From the IMG/VR virus record IMGVR_UViG_3300032117_000012: a stretch of 64,000 nt of DNA; one strand, written 5' to 3'. Shown here one piece after another: positions 29,019 to 37,921 of this stretch. Made by a program: the position numbers and the translations under genes. The stretch's first letter is position 1, and each line of letters starts with the position of its first letter. The notes below the pieces were generated by a model. The model was not told where the DNA came from and did no database searches. It saw nothing but the letters and a program-made list of their open reading frames with translations. The DNA comes from a virus (Duplodnaviria > Heunggongvirae > Uroviricota > Caudoviricetes).

Positions 29019-30116
29019 TCATACTCCTAGGAAGAAATTGATAATATGAAAATGATCATCAAAAAGCATATCTTCACGAAGTTCCCCGATAGGGATCCAC
29101 TTTGCTTTTTCAGCATCATCCGCACCTTTGACCTTAGGCAATTTTACATCATCTGTCAACTTGAAATGGGCAGCATGAGTGATAACCCTACCCAAAGTAG
29201 ATCGATGCACATCATCGAACACATGTTCGCCTACTTGACAACCACGGATAACCTTTTCAGGAACCTTAATAAGAGTTTCTTCCTTAAGTTCACGAAGGAT
29301 ACCATCGGATATACGTTCATCCATCTCTAAATGGCCTCCCGGAAGTGCCCACAGCCCCTTTCCCGGCTCACTGCGGCGCTTTACCAACAGAATATGCCCA
29401 GATTGCTCTACAACAGCATCTACAGTAACATGTTTAACTGGATATGGTGCAGCTGCCCATGATTTCTTATATGCCTTTACGTGGACCAATTCCGACTTCA
29501 ATTGGTCATACTCTGAGGTATGAATAAATCGGTCAAAGAGAAATTGTGCGCTCTCCTTAGGAAGAAGAGAATCTTGGACTTCCCATTTATGTAACCGTCC
29601 TTCAAGAAATCCTTCACGAATATTAGTTGCATGAATATCTCCATGAACATCCACATTCACGGATTCCCATTGGGGGAACAATTTAAGATAATATGAAGAA
29701 TGATCTTTAGAGGCTCCAATCAAGCCTACTTTGGCATCAGCAGTTCCATGAAGATGAAATCCACCCTCATTAATGATATCAAGAGTTACATTATTAGCAA
29801 TATCTTGAATTTGCTTAACCCACGCACTATCATTGTAAAGCTTATCATATAGAGGCTTAATAATAAGGCGACTGTTAGCAGTTTCTGTGGAATATCCAAA
29901 TGGAATCCCTACATGATCTGAGAATACCTCAGAAATAACATTTTCTCGCTCTTGAAATGTAAAGGGGGTACGAATTGTACGTGCTTTACCAGCAGATCCA
30001 ACCAAAACCAAGACATTTCTTGATTTCTCTAAAGCGGTTTGGATAACCTTGACATGGCCAAGGTGAAGAGGACTAAATCGCCCAATAAAAACCAATAGGT
30101 CAAATTCTTTATTCAT
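29019..30116 (-). CDS. natV: bifunctional NMN adenylyltransferase / Nudix hydrolase (NatV/NadM-like)
   Basis: N-terminal GRFSPLHLGH HxGH nucleotidyltransferase motif; C-terminal Nudix box GGHLEMDERISDGILRELKEETL. Confidence 0.85.
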   Translation of the reverse strand: MNKEFDLLVFIGRFSPLHLGHVKVIQTALEKSRNVLVLVGSAGKARTIRTPFTFQERENVISEVFSDHVGIPFGYSTETANSRLIIKPLYDKLYNDSAWVKQIQDIANNVTLDIINEGGFHLHGTADAKVGLIGASKDHSSYYLKLFPQWESVNVDVHGDIHATNIREGFLEGRLHKWEVQDSLLPKESAQFLFDRFIHTSEYDQLKSELVHVKAYKKSWAAAPYPVKHVTVDAVVEQSGHILLVKRRSEPGKGLWALPGGHLEMDERISDGILRELKEETLIKVPEKVIRGCQVGEHVFDDVHRSTLGRVITHAAHFKLTDDVKLPKVKGADDAEKAKWIPIGELREDMLFDDHFHIINFFLGV

Positions 30117-30176
30117 AGCTCAAAACTCCTTTGAGTAATTATGCAAAGAGTCTATCTCTAAGCATCGGTATTTATA

Positions 30177-30485
30177 TTAGCAAGAATGCTCTCTTAATAC
30201 GATTCCAACCTTTGTCTGAATATATTGACAATCATATTTATTATCTTGAATTATATTCATATCGTCAGTAGTTTTATCTCCATCTGTCCGATATCCAATT
30301 ACCAATCCATCATTTGATGGTGGTGTTGAAGTAGATGTATCGACAGGAACATCAGTTTCGCTGGTAGTAGGTATTCCTGTATCGACTTGAGATGTATTAA
30401 TTTTATTATGTTTACCAGATTGCCCACCTTGGGCTTCGCATCCTGATAGCAAACATATCGCAATAATGCAAGATAAAAGTTTCAT
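30177..30485 (-). CDS. lipoprotein
   Basis: MKLLSCIIAICLLSGC lipobox. Confidence 0.5.
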   Translation of the reverse strand: MKLLSCIIAICLLSGCEAQGGQSGKHNKINTSQVDTGIPTTSETDVPVDTSTSTPPSNDGLVIGYRTDGDKTTDDMNIIQDNKYDCQYIQTKVGIVLREHSC

Positions 30486-30495
30486 ATTATAATCC

Positions 30496-30523
30496 TAAAA
30501 AATGGAGGGGATTTCTCCCCTCC
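30496..30523 (-). terminator. rho-independent terminator after SPFH gene
   Basis: GGAGGGGA TTTC TCCCCTCC hairpin with T-run on minus strand. Confidence 0.6.
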
Positions 30524-30531
30524 AAATTCAA

Positions 30532-31386
30532 TTAGTTGCTAGGAAGCTGGATCATATTGGATGCATTGCCTGCAACATAAGTTGGCAAATGACCATCCCA
30601 CTTTTCCAGATACTTTTGCTTCAGAATGTTGGGATTCGCTTCTAGAGCTTGTGCCTCGATCTGGGTAGCCTTAGCATCACCTGTAGCCTTAGCTACTCGT
30701 GCTTCTGCATCAGCCTTGGCAGTTGCGACATTAGCTTCAGCTGCCAGAGCTTGCTGTTGGTTAGTGATCTTTTGATTGATCTGTGCCATAACAGCCTGAG
30801 GAACACGAGGACCGCCAGCCCAATAAAGCTGCTCTACAACCAAACCACGGTCGTTGAAAAACTTCTGAACATCAACCTGAGTTCGTGCCAAAAGCTCTCC
30901 CTTCTTAGCACCATAGATATCTTCAATGCTCATTGCAGAGGCTTGATTAATCAAAGCTCCACGAATTTCATTGCGAAGTGGTCCAGCAATGATATCGTCC
31001 ATATCCATACGATAGTTTGTATACAACTTAGGAGCCTTAGATGGATCCACATGGTATGCTACACCAATATCTGCTGTAGCACTCATACCGTTACTATCGT
31101 TGAACTGAAATTCCTCGTTAACATTATTCCCTTCATTGGAAGAAGCTGTCCAAACATAAGTATGAGTCGATACAGGATACTCATAAATCGAAGTGCCTAG
31201 TCCGGTAAAATAAGTACCAATTCCCTTAGGATCTGGATCTACACCGGCATTAGAACCCCATGAGGTAACTTGGATACCCACGTTACCCGGAGCAACCCTC
31301 GAACACGCACCAAGACTGACAGCGCAAACGCTAAGCAAAATAATATCACGAATCTTCATTATTAACATCTTCCTTTTGATTGACAA
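30532..31386 (-). CDS. SPFH/band-7 (prohibitin/HflKC-like) domain lipoprotein
   Basis: lipobox SLGAC; SPFH core with Ala/Gln/Glu-rich coiled C-terminal region. Confidence 0.65.
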   Translation of the reverse strand: MSIKRKMLIMKIRDIILLSVCAVSLGACSRVAPGNVGIQVTSWGSNAGVDPDPKGIGTYFTGLGTSIYEYPVSTHTYVWTASSNEGNNVNEEFQFNDSNGMSATADIGVAYHVDPSKAPKLYTNYRMDMDDIIAGPLRNEIRGALINQASAMSIEDIYGAKKGELLARTQVDVQKFFNDRGLVVEQLYWAGGPRVPQAVMAQINQKITNQQQALAAEANVATAKADAEARVAKATGDAKATQIEAQALEANPNILKQKYLEKWDGHLPTYVAGNASNMIQLPSN

Positions 31387-31576
31387 CTGGCATTATTGCC
31401 GCTGCTCGTTTAAATACGATGGAAATAACCCATACAATAATCGATACCATCAATACGATTAGTGCAATTCCGACATCATCATGAGCATTAAACAAAAACT
31501 GAATAGTCTTTGGTATCAAGATGAATACACCAAATATAATAAATGGCCATTTAGCCACATTTAAAAAAGATTTCAA
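31346..31576 (-). CDS. small membrane protein
   Basis: 76 aa, 2 TM. Confidence 0.4.
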   Translation of the reverse strand: MKSFLNVAKWPFIIFGVFILIPKTIQFLFNAHDDVGIALIVLMVSIIVWVISIVFKRAAAIMPVVNQKEDVNNEDS

Positions 31577-31809
31577 GACTTTTTCCCCTTAGATTTTGCA
31601 ATAAGAAATCCAATAGTTGGAAATATTGCAATAAACCACACTATGGATAATGCCACACTGGATAACAAATATCCAAAAACCTTTTCTCCATCGATTTCTG
31701 TAGTCCTACTACGACTAAAGGTATCGAACACTTGAAAATCTTTACCATATGCCAAATAACCTCGAATAATGAGAGTTACTATTGCTCCCAATATATAAAG
31801 TTCACACAT
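31573..31809 (-). CDS. small membrane protein
   Basis: 78 aa, 2 TM. Confidence 0.4.
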   Translation of the reverse strand: MCELYILGAIVTLIIRGYLAYGKDFQVFDTFSRSRTTEIDGEKVFGYLLSSVALSIVWFIAIFPTIGFLIAKSKGKKS

Positions 31810-32062
31810 TCTTTTTTTCCTTTAAGAGTTTAGCAATTTTCTTTCCCATTGTAAATACAATTATAGCTGGAATGACCATAATAATTATAGGCCATGCCAA
31901 AGAGCTTATAATGAGAAGTAAAGTGCATTTAAGAAGCATATCCTCGTCAAGTTCCCCATTTTTATAATAAAAAGGTGTGGGATCAGATTGGTACGCAAAC
32001 CCTATTATTCCAATAATCAAAAAGAATATAAGTAATGCACATACGAAATATATAAACATATT
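31802..32062 (-). CDS. small membrane protein (start trimmed to MFIYFV to avoid overlap with DUF932 gene)
   Basis: hydrophobic 86 aa; listed ORF 31802..32239 overlaps the DUF932 C-terminus. Confidence 0.35.
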   Translation of the reverse strand, partial: NMFIYFVCALLIFFLIIGIIGFAYQSDPTPFYYKNGELDEDMLLKCTLLLIISSLAWPIIIMVIPAIIVFTMGKKIAKLLKEKKNV

Positions 32063-32114
32063 GGTTTTCCTATGAGGGAAGAAGGGGGGGTGGTAAATCC
32101 ACCCCCTAGTTAAA

Positions 32115-33161
32115 TTAGGCAGCTTCTGCCATTTCCATAGCAATGTTTGCAGCTTGGATCTTACGATTCTGGTTTGCACCAAACCAAGCGGATTGAAGAC
32201 GGCTTTCAGTCGAACGACCAAGGATGTGATCAGTGGCATAAGTCACTGCATTAAATGCCTGCCACCATGTGCCACGACCAAATTCTGCACCGGGCTGACT
32301 CTCTAGTGCTTCGTATACGGTACGAGCTGGACGGCTGGCCAGTTCACCCTCTTCAGCCTTAGCATTGCTGACAGCTGGGAAAATACGGTTAAAGTATTCA
32401 ACAATGGTTTCATTGGTGAAACGCTTGCTAGACAGATATTCAGCCATTTCCTTATACTTAGCAAGCTTCTCCTTCGAAATACCGAGGGCTTCCTTTGCAA
32501 GATCAGCATTAAACTGGCTACGATGACCAGCTGAGAACCGAGAAGTAAACGAGGAACCCATTGCCATTGCAAGAGTATTAGCACAGACTACCCGGATAGG
32601 AGTAAAACGGATTTCAATCGACTTACCATACTGATGCGGGTTAGAAAAAAGAAGAAATCCTTCAACTCGATCATGACCAAGAATTTCAAACGATTCATTG
32701 ATCTTGGCAAGTGCCCATACATTACGACCATCGTTCAAGGAACCTGCGGTATTCATTTCCATATCACCAGCAGCGACAAAATCATTAAAGAAATTAAACG
32801 CTTCGCTGTTTTGAACAGGATTCCAATCCTTACCAACAACATCCAAAATACGATTATCAGAAGTGCGAACCAACGCCGACTTTGCGTTAACTCGAATGGT
32901 TTCACCATTTACATGGGTGAAAAGAGGAGTCTTCGCAACTTCCCAATCCAAGCCAGCAGCCTGCATAATCTGTTCAGGAGTCAAATCAGCCGGAACCTTA
33001 GTACCCAGACCGTGCCAAGGCAATTCACCAGCCCAAGCCATCTGTGCTTCACCATTTACCATTTCAAGTGCATGTGCCATAATATATTTTCCTTTTAACC
33101 AGAGCAGTCCATCCGCTCTTGATGTGACTCTTATACCCCCAACAGATATAAGAGTCAACAT
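32115..33161 (-). CDS. DUF932 (phage/plasmid-related protein, TIGR03299-like)
   Basis: 348 aa; DWNPVQNSEAFNFF...GSLNDGRNVWALAKI blocks characteristic of DUF932. Confidence 0.65.
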   Translation of the reverse strand: MLTLISVGGIRVTSRADGLLWLKGKYIMAHALEMVNGEAQMAWAGELPWHGLGTKVPADLTPEQIMQAAGLDWEVAKTPLFTHVNGETIRVNAKSALVRTSDNRILDVVGKDWNPVQNSEAFNFFNDFVAAGDMEMNTAGSLNDGRNVWALAKINESFEILGHDRVEGFLLFSNPHQYGKSIEIRFTPIRVVCANTLAMAMGSSFTSRFSAGHRSQFNADLAKEALGISKEKLAKYKEMAEYLSSKRFTNETIVEYFNRIFPAVSNAKAEEGELASRPARTVYEALESQPGAEFGRGTWWQAFNAVTYATDHILGRSTESRLQSAWFGANQNRKIQAANIAMEMAEAA

Positions 33162-33189
33162 CTTTTTTCAAAAAAGTGCAATTATTTTA

Positions 33190-33474
33190 TCAACCCTGTC
33201 GAGAACCCGGATTTGTGTACTTCTCCTTACGAGGAGATGCATTAAATTCATTTTGACGGGATGTTAGCTTGGTAAGAACTCGCCGCATAGTACGGCCACC
33301 GGGGAACTTCTTCCCAGACCGTGTACGAGCGGGTTTAGTGTTGTTTACTCCAACCCTGCGACCGTTTACCAAAATATGGATAGACTGATCTTTCGTATCA
33401 CTAGGAACGCCTAGAAGATCTTGACGAGTCTTTGAAGTCATACAAGCAATTTGAATAGAAGATAGATTATTCAT
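33190..33474 (-). CDS. hypothetical basic protein
   Basis: 94-aa ORF; conserved start context GGAAATTATATTATG. Confidence 0.4.
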   Translation of the reverse strand: MNNLSSIQIACMTSKTRQDLLGVPSDTKDQSIHILVNGRRVGVNNTKPARTRSGKKFPGGRTMRRVLTKLTSRQNEFNASPRKEKYTNPGSRQG

Positions 33475-33490
33475 AATATAATTTCCTTTA

Positions 33491-33883
33491 TTAATCTACG
33501 GTTTCTTCGACGCAGCAAAAATTTTCAAATTCTCGCCATGATCCTGTAAATATTACATCAGTAGGATCCTTGATCACCACCTTATCTGGATAAATGTGAT
33601 ACTCAAATTCCTGCCATTTATCTTGATTCAATTCAGGAGAACACAAATAAATTCCTCCCGCACTATCACCTTTCAATCGGCCAACAATTTGAGCAGCCAT
33701 ACATCCCATTCCATTAAATTGGGTAGCTGCATCATTGTAGCCATTTACCATAGTCTTAGAATTCATAAAAGATGCGATATCCTTACCATGTCCTGTAGGA
33801 TAACCATCAAATTGACGATAAAATGCCACAAACGGGGTTTTTCCATCAGTTTCATAAAAGTATGTTAGTGACCGAGTTCCCAT
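33491..33883 (-). CDS. hypothetical protein
   Basis: 130-aa ORF; same start motif. Confidence 0.45.
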   Translation of the reverse strand: MGTRSLTYFYETDGKTPFVAFYRQFDGYPTGHGKDIASFMNSKTMVNGYNDAATQFNGMGCMAAQIVGRLKGDSAGGIYLCSPELNQDKWQEFEYHIYPDKVVIKDPTDVIFTGSWREFENFCCVEETVD

Positions 33884-33902
33884 AATATAATTCCTTCAAA
33901 AT

Positions 33903-34202
33903 TTAATTAATAGTAACGTTCTTCATTTCTCGAAGAGCTTGATCCACACCAGAATTTATACGGTGTTGAATTAGGTCAATATATGCTGGAACTAATGTTT
34001 TAGCTCCACCTTGAATGGCCAAAGTATATACAACTCCTTCTATCTTCCATGTTAACGCTGAAGATATAATACCAAATTTTTCTGTGGTTGTCAAGTCATC
34101 ATGAGATTTAAAATAGGAATCAGTTGTCTTTGTAAGCTCGGCTACCAATTCTATAATATAATTATGAAGATCATCTAGTCGTTCGGTTTTTATTTTATTC
34201 AT
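33903..34202 (-). CDS. hypothetical protein
   Basis: 99-aa ORF; same start motif. Confidence 0.4.
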   Translation of the reverse strand: MNKIKTERLDDLHNYIIELVAELTKTTDSYFKSHDDLTTTEKFGIISSALTWKIEGVVYTLAIQGGAKTLVPAYIDLIQHRINSGVDQALREMKNVTIN

Positions 34203-34214
34203 AATATAATTTCC

Positions 34215-35048
34215 TTAAATGTGACAATCGACCACAGTAAACCACTGGTCTGATGGTGTTTTATTAATAAGGTCTGCGTACCAATTGTACCACTCGGTTT
34301 TACTCATTTCGTTAGAAACGCTGCCAAACCAACCCATTTCTCCCCGTTCGAACCAAGTTCCATCCTTTACAACAGCAAAAGTTGTAAAGGCTGCTGCCCT
34401 AGCATTACTAGCGTATTCATCTTCAGTTACTGAATATGATTCATAATTTCTATCCCACCTGAATTCTTCAGATGCATTAAGATCCATAATCACTGGAGAA
34501 GATGAGAAGATTTGTCTAGCCTTATCATGATTATAATCATTTTCCAACAAAATATAATTATAAGTTGGAAGCACTCGGCCATCACGAATTGTGTGAAATT
34601 TTTTCCATTTAATTCTAGCAGACGCTTCAGCATCATCACGAATCTTTACAATATTGATGGCACCTTTAGTTGATTTGTCCATGGCAATATGTCCACCCCA
34701 TCGACCACCGACAACCCACCAATCCCATTTTTTATTAGGATTGGTTCGATGAATAACTCGATTAATGTGACCGTTTGATTTACGGGTGAATCGATAATAC
34801 TTACCATTTTCATTTATATCATCTCCATAATAATACGAAAGAAATTCAACAAATGTCATTTTGGTATTATCAGGAGATGAATTATGAGCTTTAAATTCTG
34901 CCCTAGCCTCAGCCGTAATGTCGATATCTTTGACATATTGATCATCTAACCCTGTACATTCAAATTCATGCCAAGGCGCAAGAATGGTTTCCAGCTCCAT
35001 TTGGGTAGGCTTAGTGGGTGTGATTACCAGTAGACTAAAATGTGACAT
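34215..35048 (-). CDS. hypothetical protein (277 aa, Trp-rich)
   Basis: long ORF; same start motif. Confidence 0.5.
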   Translation of the reverse strand: MSHFSLLVITPTKPTQMELETILAPWHEFECTGLDDQYVKDIDITAEARAEFKAHNSSPDNTKMTFVEFLSYYYGDDINENGKYYRFTRKSNGHINRVIHRTNPNKKWDWWVVGGRWGGHIAMDKSTKGAINIVKIRDDAEASARIKWKKFHTIRDGRVLPTYNYILLENDYNHDKARQIFSSSPVIMDLNASEEFRWDRNYESYSVTEDEYASNARAAAFTTFAVVKDGTWFERGEMGWFGSVSNEMSKTEWYNWYADLINKTPSDQWFTVVDCHI

Positions 35049-35100
35049 AATATAATCCTCAATTTGATGTGAAAATATATAACCTAATTAGCGATAGATG

Positions 35101-35367
35101 TCAAATCCTATTTTCACCTTCTTTAATCGCTCTTTCAATCATTACCCTCAACATAGTTGTTAGATTTGGATCGATCACATTGATAACACTTGCATACCAA
35201 CCAACAATATCGCTAAGTGCATCTGCAATAATAAATGACGATTCAGGAGTAAGATTTTTGGCGTTAGCTCCACCAAGAAACACCAGAATTTCTTCATGAA
35301 TAATTTTACGTAGGCTATCAGACTTTTTCATCAATTGTTCAATATCTACCATGATTAATCGTTCCAT
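35101..35367 (-). CDS. hypothetical protein
   Basis: 88-aa ORF. Confidence 0.35.
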   Translation of the reverse strand: MERLIMVDIEQLMKKSDSLRKIIHEEILVFLGGANAKNLTPESSFIIADALSDIVGWYASVINVIDPNLTTMLRVMIERAIKEGENRI

Positions 35368-35696
35368 TCTATAATAAGTTTACGGCCATTTTTACGCAAA
35401 ATCCCAACATAATTACCGATATTATTATCAATAATTGCCTCTTCATCAGGATCTATTTCAAAAATACTAAGACCTTCTTTCTCACAGGCATAGGTCCAAC
35501 TTCCAAGTACACCATATTTAACATGAGATGTAGCATCTGTCGCCCGTTCAGCATGGCTATGCATAATTGCTATTCTACGCTGATAGTCGGTATTATACCA
35601 TCCAGAACATTTATAAGCATAGTCAAATCGTACAATTTCAATGCCTTCTTCTGTGACCTTAACATCTTTCCGACGAGTGTAGCAATAAACGCCCAT
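35355..35696 (-). CDS. hypothetical protein
   Basis: 113-aa ORF. Confidence 0.4.
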   Translation of the reverse strand: MGVYCYTRRKDVKVTEEGIEIVRFDYAYKCSGWYNTDYQRRIAIMHSHAERATDATSHVKYGVLGSWTYACEKEGLSIFEIDPDEEAIIDNNIGNYVGILRKNGRKLIIEWND

Positions 35697-35756
35697 AAAG
35701 ATCTCCTTTGTGTTGAAGCCTTTATAGACGTTTATAAAACTAAGTCAAGCCTAAAT

Positions 35757-36230
35757 TTAAAAATCTTTTATGTTAGATACCAAGTCGATAGTCTGTTCAG
35801 CGGATGTATGAGTTATTCCTCTGCCACCAGCTGTGATAAATGCGTCAACATTTTTCCATTGATCATCTATCAATAATATATCATGCGCTGCATACAGAGC
35901 TTTTACCTCTTTTTTAGGTACGATAACTGGAATCCAAGATGGAAATCCATTGGATATCAACCATCTAATTTTCTGTTTAGCAACATCAATGAATAAATCC
36001 TGTTGAATGCCACCAGCGGATGAAAGATAAAAAACTTTAAGATTTATCGATTGAAGATATCTAATAAGATCGAATGCATCTGGTAAAACAGGAAGGGTTT
36101 CAAATCCACCATCTTTAACAAATTTTGGAAATTTCCACTGCCACTCTTCTTTTGTGCTACTAGAAAAATCATATCCAGAATTAAAATCTGCCAATACGCC
36201 ATCTATATCTAAAGCAATTGTTGTAATCAT
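35757..36230 (-). CDS. HAD-superfamily phosphatase (candidate heptose bisphosphate phosphatase GmhB-like or nucleotidase)
   Basis: LDIDGVLADF DxDG(V/T) motif I. Confidence 0.55.
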   Translation of the reverse strand: MITTIALDIDGVLADFNSGYDFSSSTKEEWQWKFPKFVKDGGFETLPVLPDAFDLIRYLQSINLKVFYLSSAGGIQQDLFIDVAKQKIRWLISNGFPSWIPVIVPKKEVKALYAAHDILLIDDQWKNVDAFITAGGRGITHTSAEQTIDLVSNIKDF

Positions 36231-36844
36231 TAGTATTTTATCTCCTCTGGATTTTTATCGCTCTGAGTTCTACGGATAGTCTGAGCGATAAAATGCATCA
36301 ATGCTTGGCTTGCATCTTCAACAATCCCATAATTATTAGATTCGATATGTAAATAAACATCTGAGTAGTCTAATGCTGCTCCTCCATCGAATCCTACAAT
36401 TGCAATTGTTTTCATACATTTAGCTTTAGCTGTTTGTAATGCTTTGCAAATATTTGGACTATTTCCAGATGAACTAATAGCAATTAAAACATCATTGCGC
36501 CTTCCTTGCCATTCTATTTGTTTTGAAAAAACTTCATCATAACCAATATCATTGGCGATGGCAGTCATAACAGAAACATTTGATGCTAAAGAAATAATTT
36601 TTGGATATAATTCTGTATCTGTTGCTACCCCTTTCATACAATCACATGATAAATGTTCAGATATTGCTGCTGACCCGCCATTGCCACATGTGAATATGGT
36701 TTTAGAAGATCCCATAGCTTGTATCATAATATCAACTATTTGATCTAAATCAAATTCATCAATATTATGAATTGCTACTGCTAGGTCATCAGCATAAGTA
36801 TGCAAATCTAGATAAGGTTTAGTCACGATATACCACCTTTGCAC
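36230..36844 (-). CDS. gmhA: SIS-domain sedoheptulose-7-phosphate isomerase (GmhA-like)
   Basis: FTCGNGGSAAISEHLSCD matches the GmhA GNGGSAADAQH block. Confidence 0.7.
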   Translation of the reverse strand: MQRWYIVTKPYLDLHTYADDLAVAIHNIDEFDLDQIVDIMIQAMGSSKTIFTCGNGGSAAISEHLSCDCMKGVATDTELYPKIISLASNVSVMTAIANDIGYDEVFSKQIEWQGRRNDVLIAISSSGNSPNICKALQTAKAKCMKTIAIVGFDGGAALDYSDVYLHIESNNYGIVEDASQALMHFIAQTIRRTQSDKNPEEIKY

Positions 36845-37766
36845 CTTCTGGTGCCATTTTAACTGTTAACACTGTGTCTTTAAACTTACATTGTGTTAAT
36901 TTGTTGCGATCTTTTTCTGTTTGCATCATGGCTAATATATACCCACCTCCGCCAGCACCAAGAACCTTACATCCGATACTGCCTAAGGAATAACAAGTTT
37001 CAATAATATCATCTATGATATTGTTTGATATTTCGGATGATGTTTTTTTCTTAAGGTTCCACGAATGAGATAAATTTGTGCCATACTGAATTATATCTAC
37101 TTTAGAATTTCCAATTAAATGCGCTATATCTTTTATTTTATCTAAGTGGTTCGATTTATCAAACACCACAGTATCTAAAATTGAGGTGGCTTTTCTTTGT
37201 ATTCCAGTTGAAATAAGAACACAATTATCCAATATATTATTATCATCAATTTTAGAAATTTTACATCCAGATTCTGAATATTCGATATAATTCATCCCAC
37301 CAAATGCTGAAGCATACTGATCTTGTTTGCCAATTCTCCATCCGCATTTTTCAATTTCTATCTTAGAGGCAAGCTCTGCTATTGAATATGCATTATATCC
37401 AGAAAAAGAATATAAATCTACTACAGCAGAAATAAGGGCACATGTGAAGGCAGAAGATCCACCTAGCCCACTTCCTATCGTAGGAATATCCGCCCATGTA
37501 TTAATTTCGATACCTGTTTTTATTCCAAAATATTTGAGAACTTCTCTGACAATATCATGTTCAATATCATTGATATCATAGACAAGTTCTTGTTTCATAT
37601 ATGAAATTTTAACATGACGATGCGGAGTTTTACTAACAGCCACATAAACAAATTTATCAACAGCGATGGAGATTGTAGCGCCACCGCCATTATTAATATA
37701 ATACTCTGGAACATCTGTACCACCTCCAAAAAAGCTAACCCGTAACGGAGCTTTAGCTAAAATCAT
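36819..37766 (-). CDS. GHMP-family sugar kinase, D-glycero-D-manno-heptose 7-phosphate kinase (HddA)-like
   Basis: N-terminal APLRVSFFGGGTD and internal GSGLGGSSAF GHMP ATP-binding motif. Confidence 0.7.
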   Translation of the reverse strand: MILAKAPLRVSFFGGGTDVPEYYINNGGGATISIAVDKFVYVAVSKTPHRHVKISYMKQELVYDINDIEHDIVREVLKYFGIKTGIEINTWADIPTIGSGLGGSSAFTCALISAVVDLYSFSGYNAYSIAELASKIEIEKCGWRIGKQDQYASAFGGMNYIEYSESGCKISKIDDNNILDNCVLISTGIQRKATSILDTVVFDKSNHLDKIKDIAHLIGNSKVDIIQYGTNLSHSWNLKKKTSSEISNNIIDDIIETCYSLGSIGCKVLGAGGGGYILAMMQTEKDRNKLTQCKFKDTVLTVKMAPEGAKVVYRD

Positions 37767-37921
37767 AAAATTTCCTCAATAACAACCCCAACCTCTACAT
37801 TTAGTACATTTTACCCCGCCGCCGGGGGCATTAACTATATCCCCGTCACAATCTGGGGTAGCATCCCATAGCTCATCGTGATATTCTTTGCGCTTGGCTT
37901 CTTTACGTCCATCCTCTGTCA

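Noticed and set aside
32070-32106. Hairpin GGGGGTGG TAAAT CCACCCCC downstream of DUF932 gene as terminator
   Set aside because: Strong stem but no T-run on the relevant strand; kept as possible attenuator only
35355-35696. JAMM/MPN metalloprotease motif in 113-aa ORF (MHSHAERATDATSH)
   Set aside because: Spacing is off by one from HxHx7Sx2D and the downstream Asp is missing
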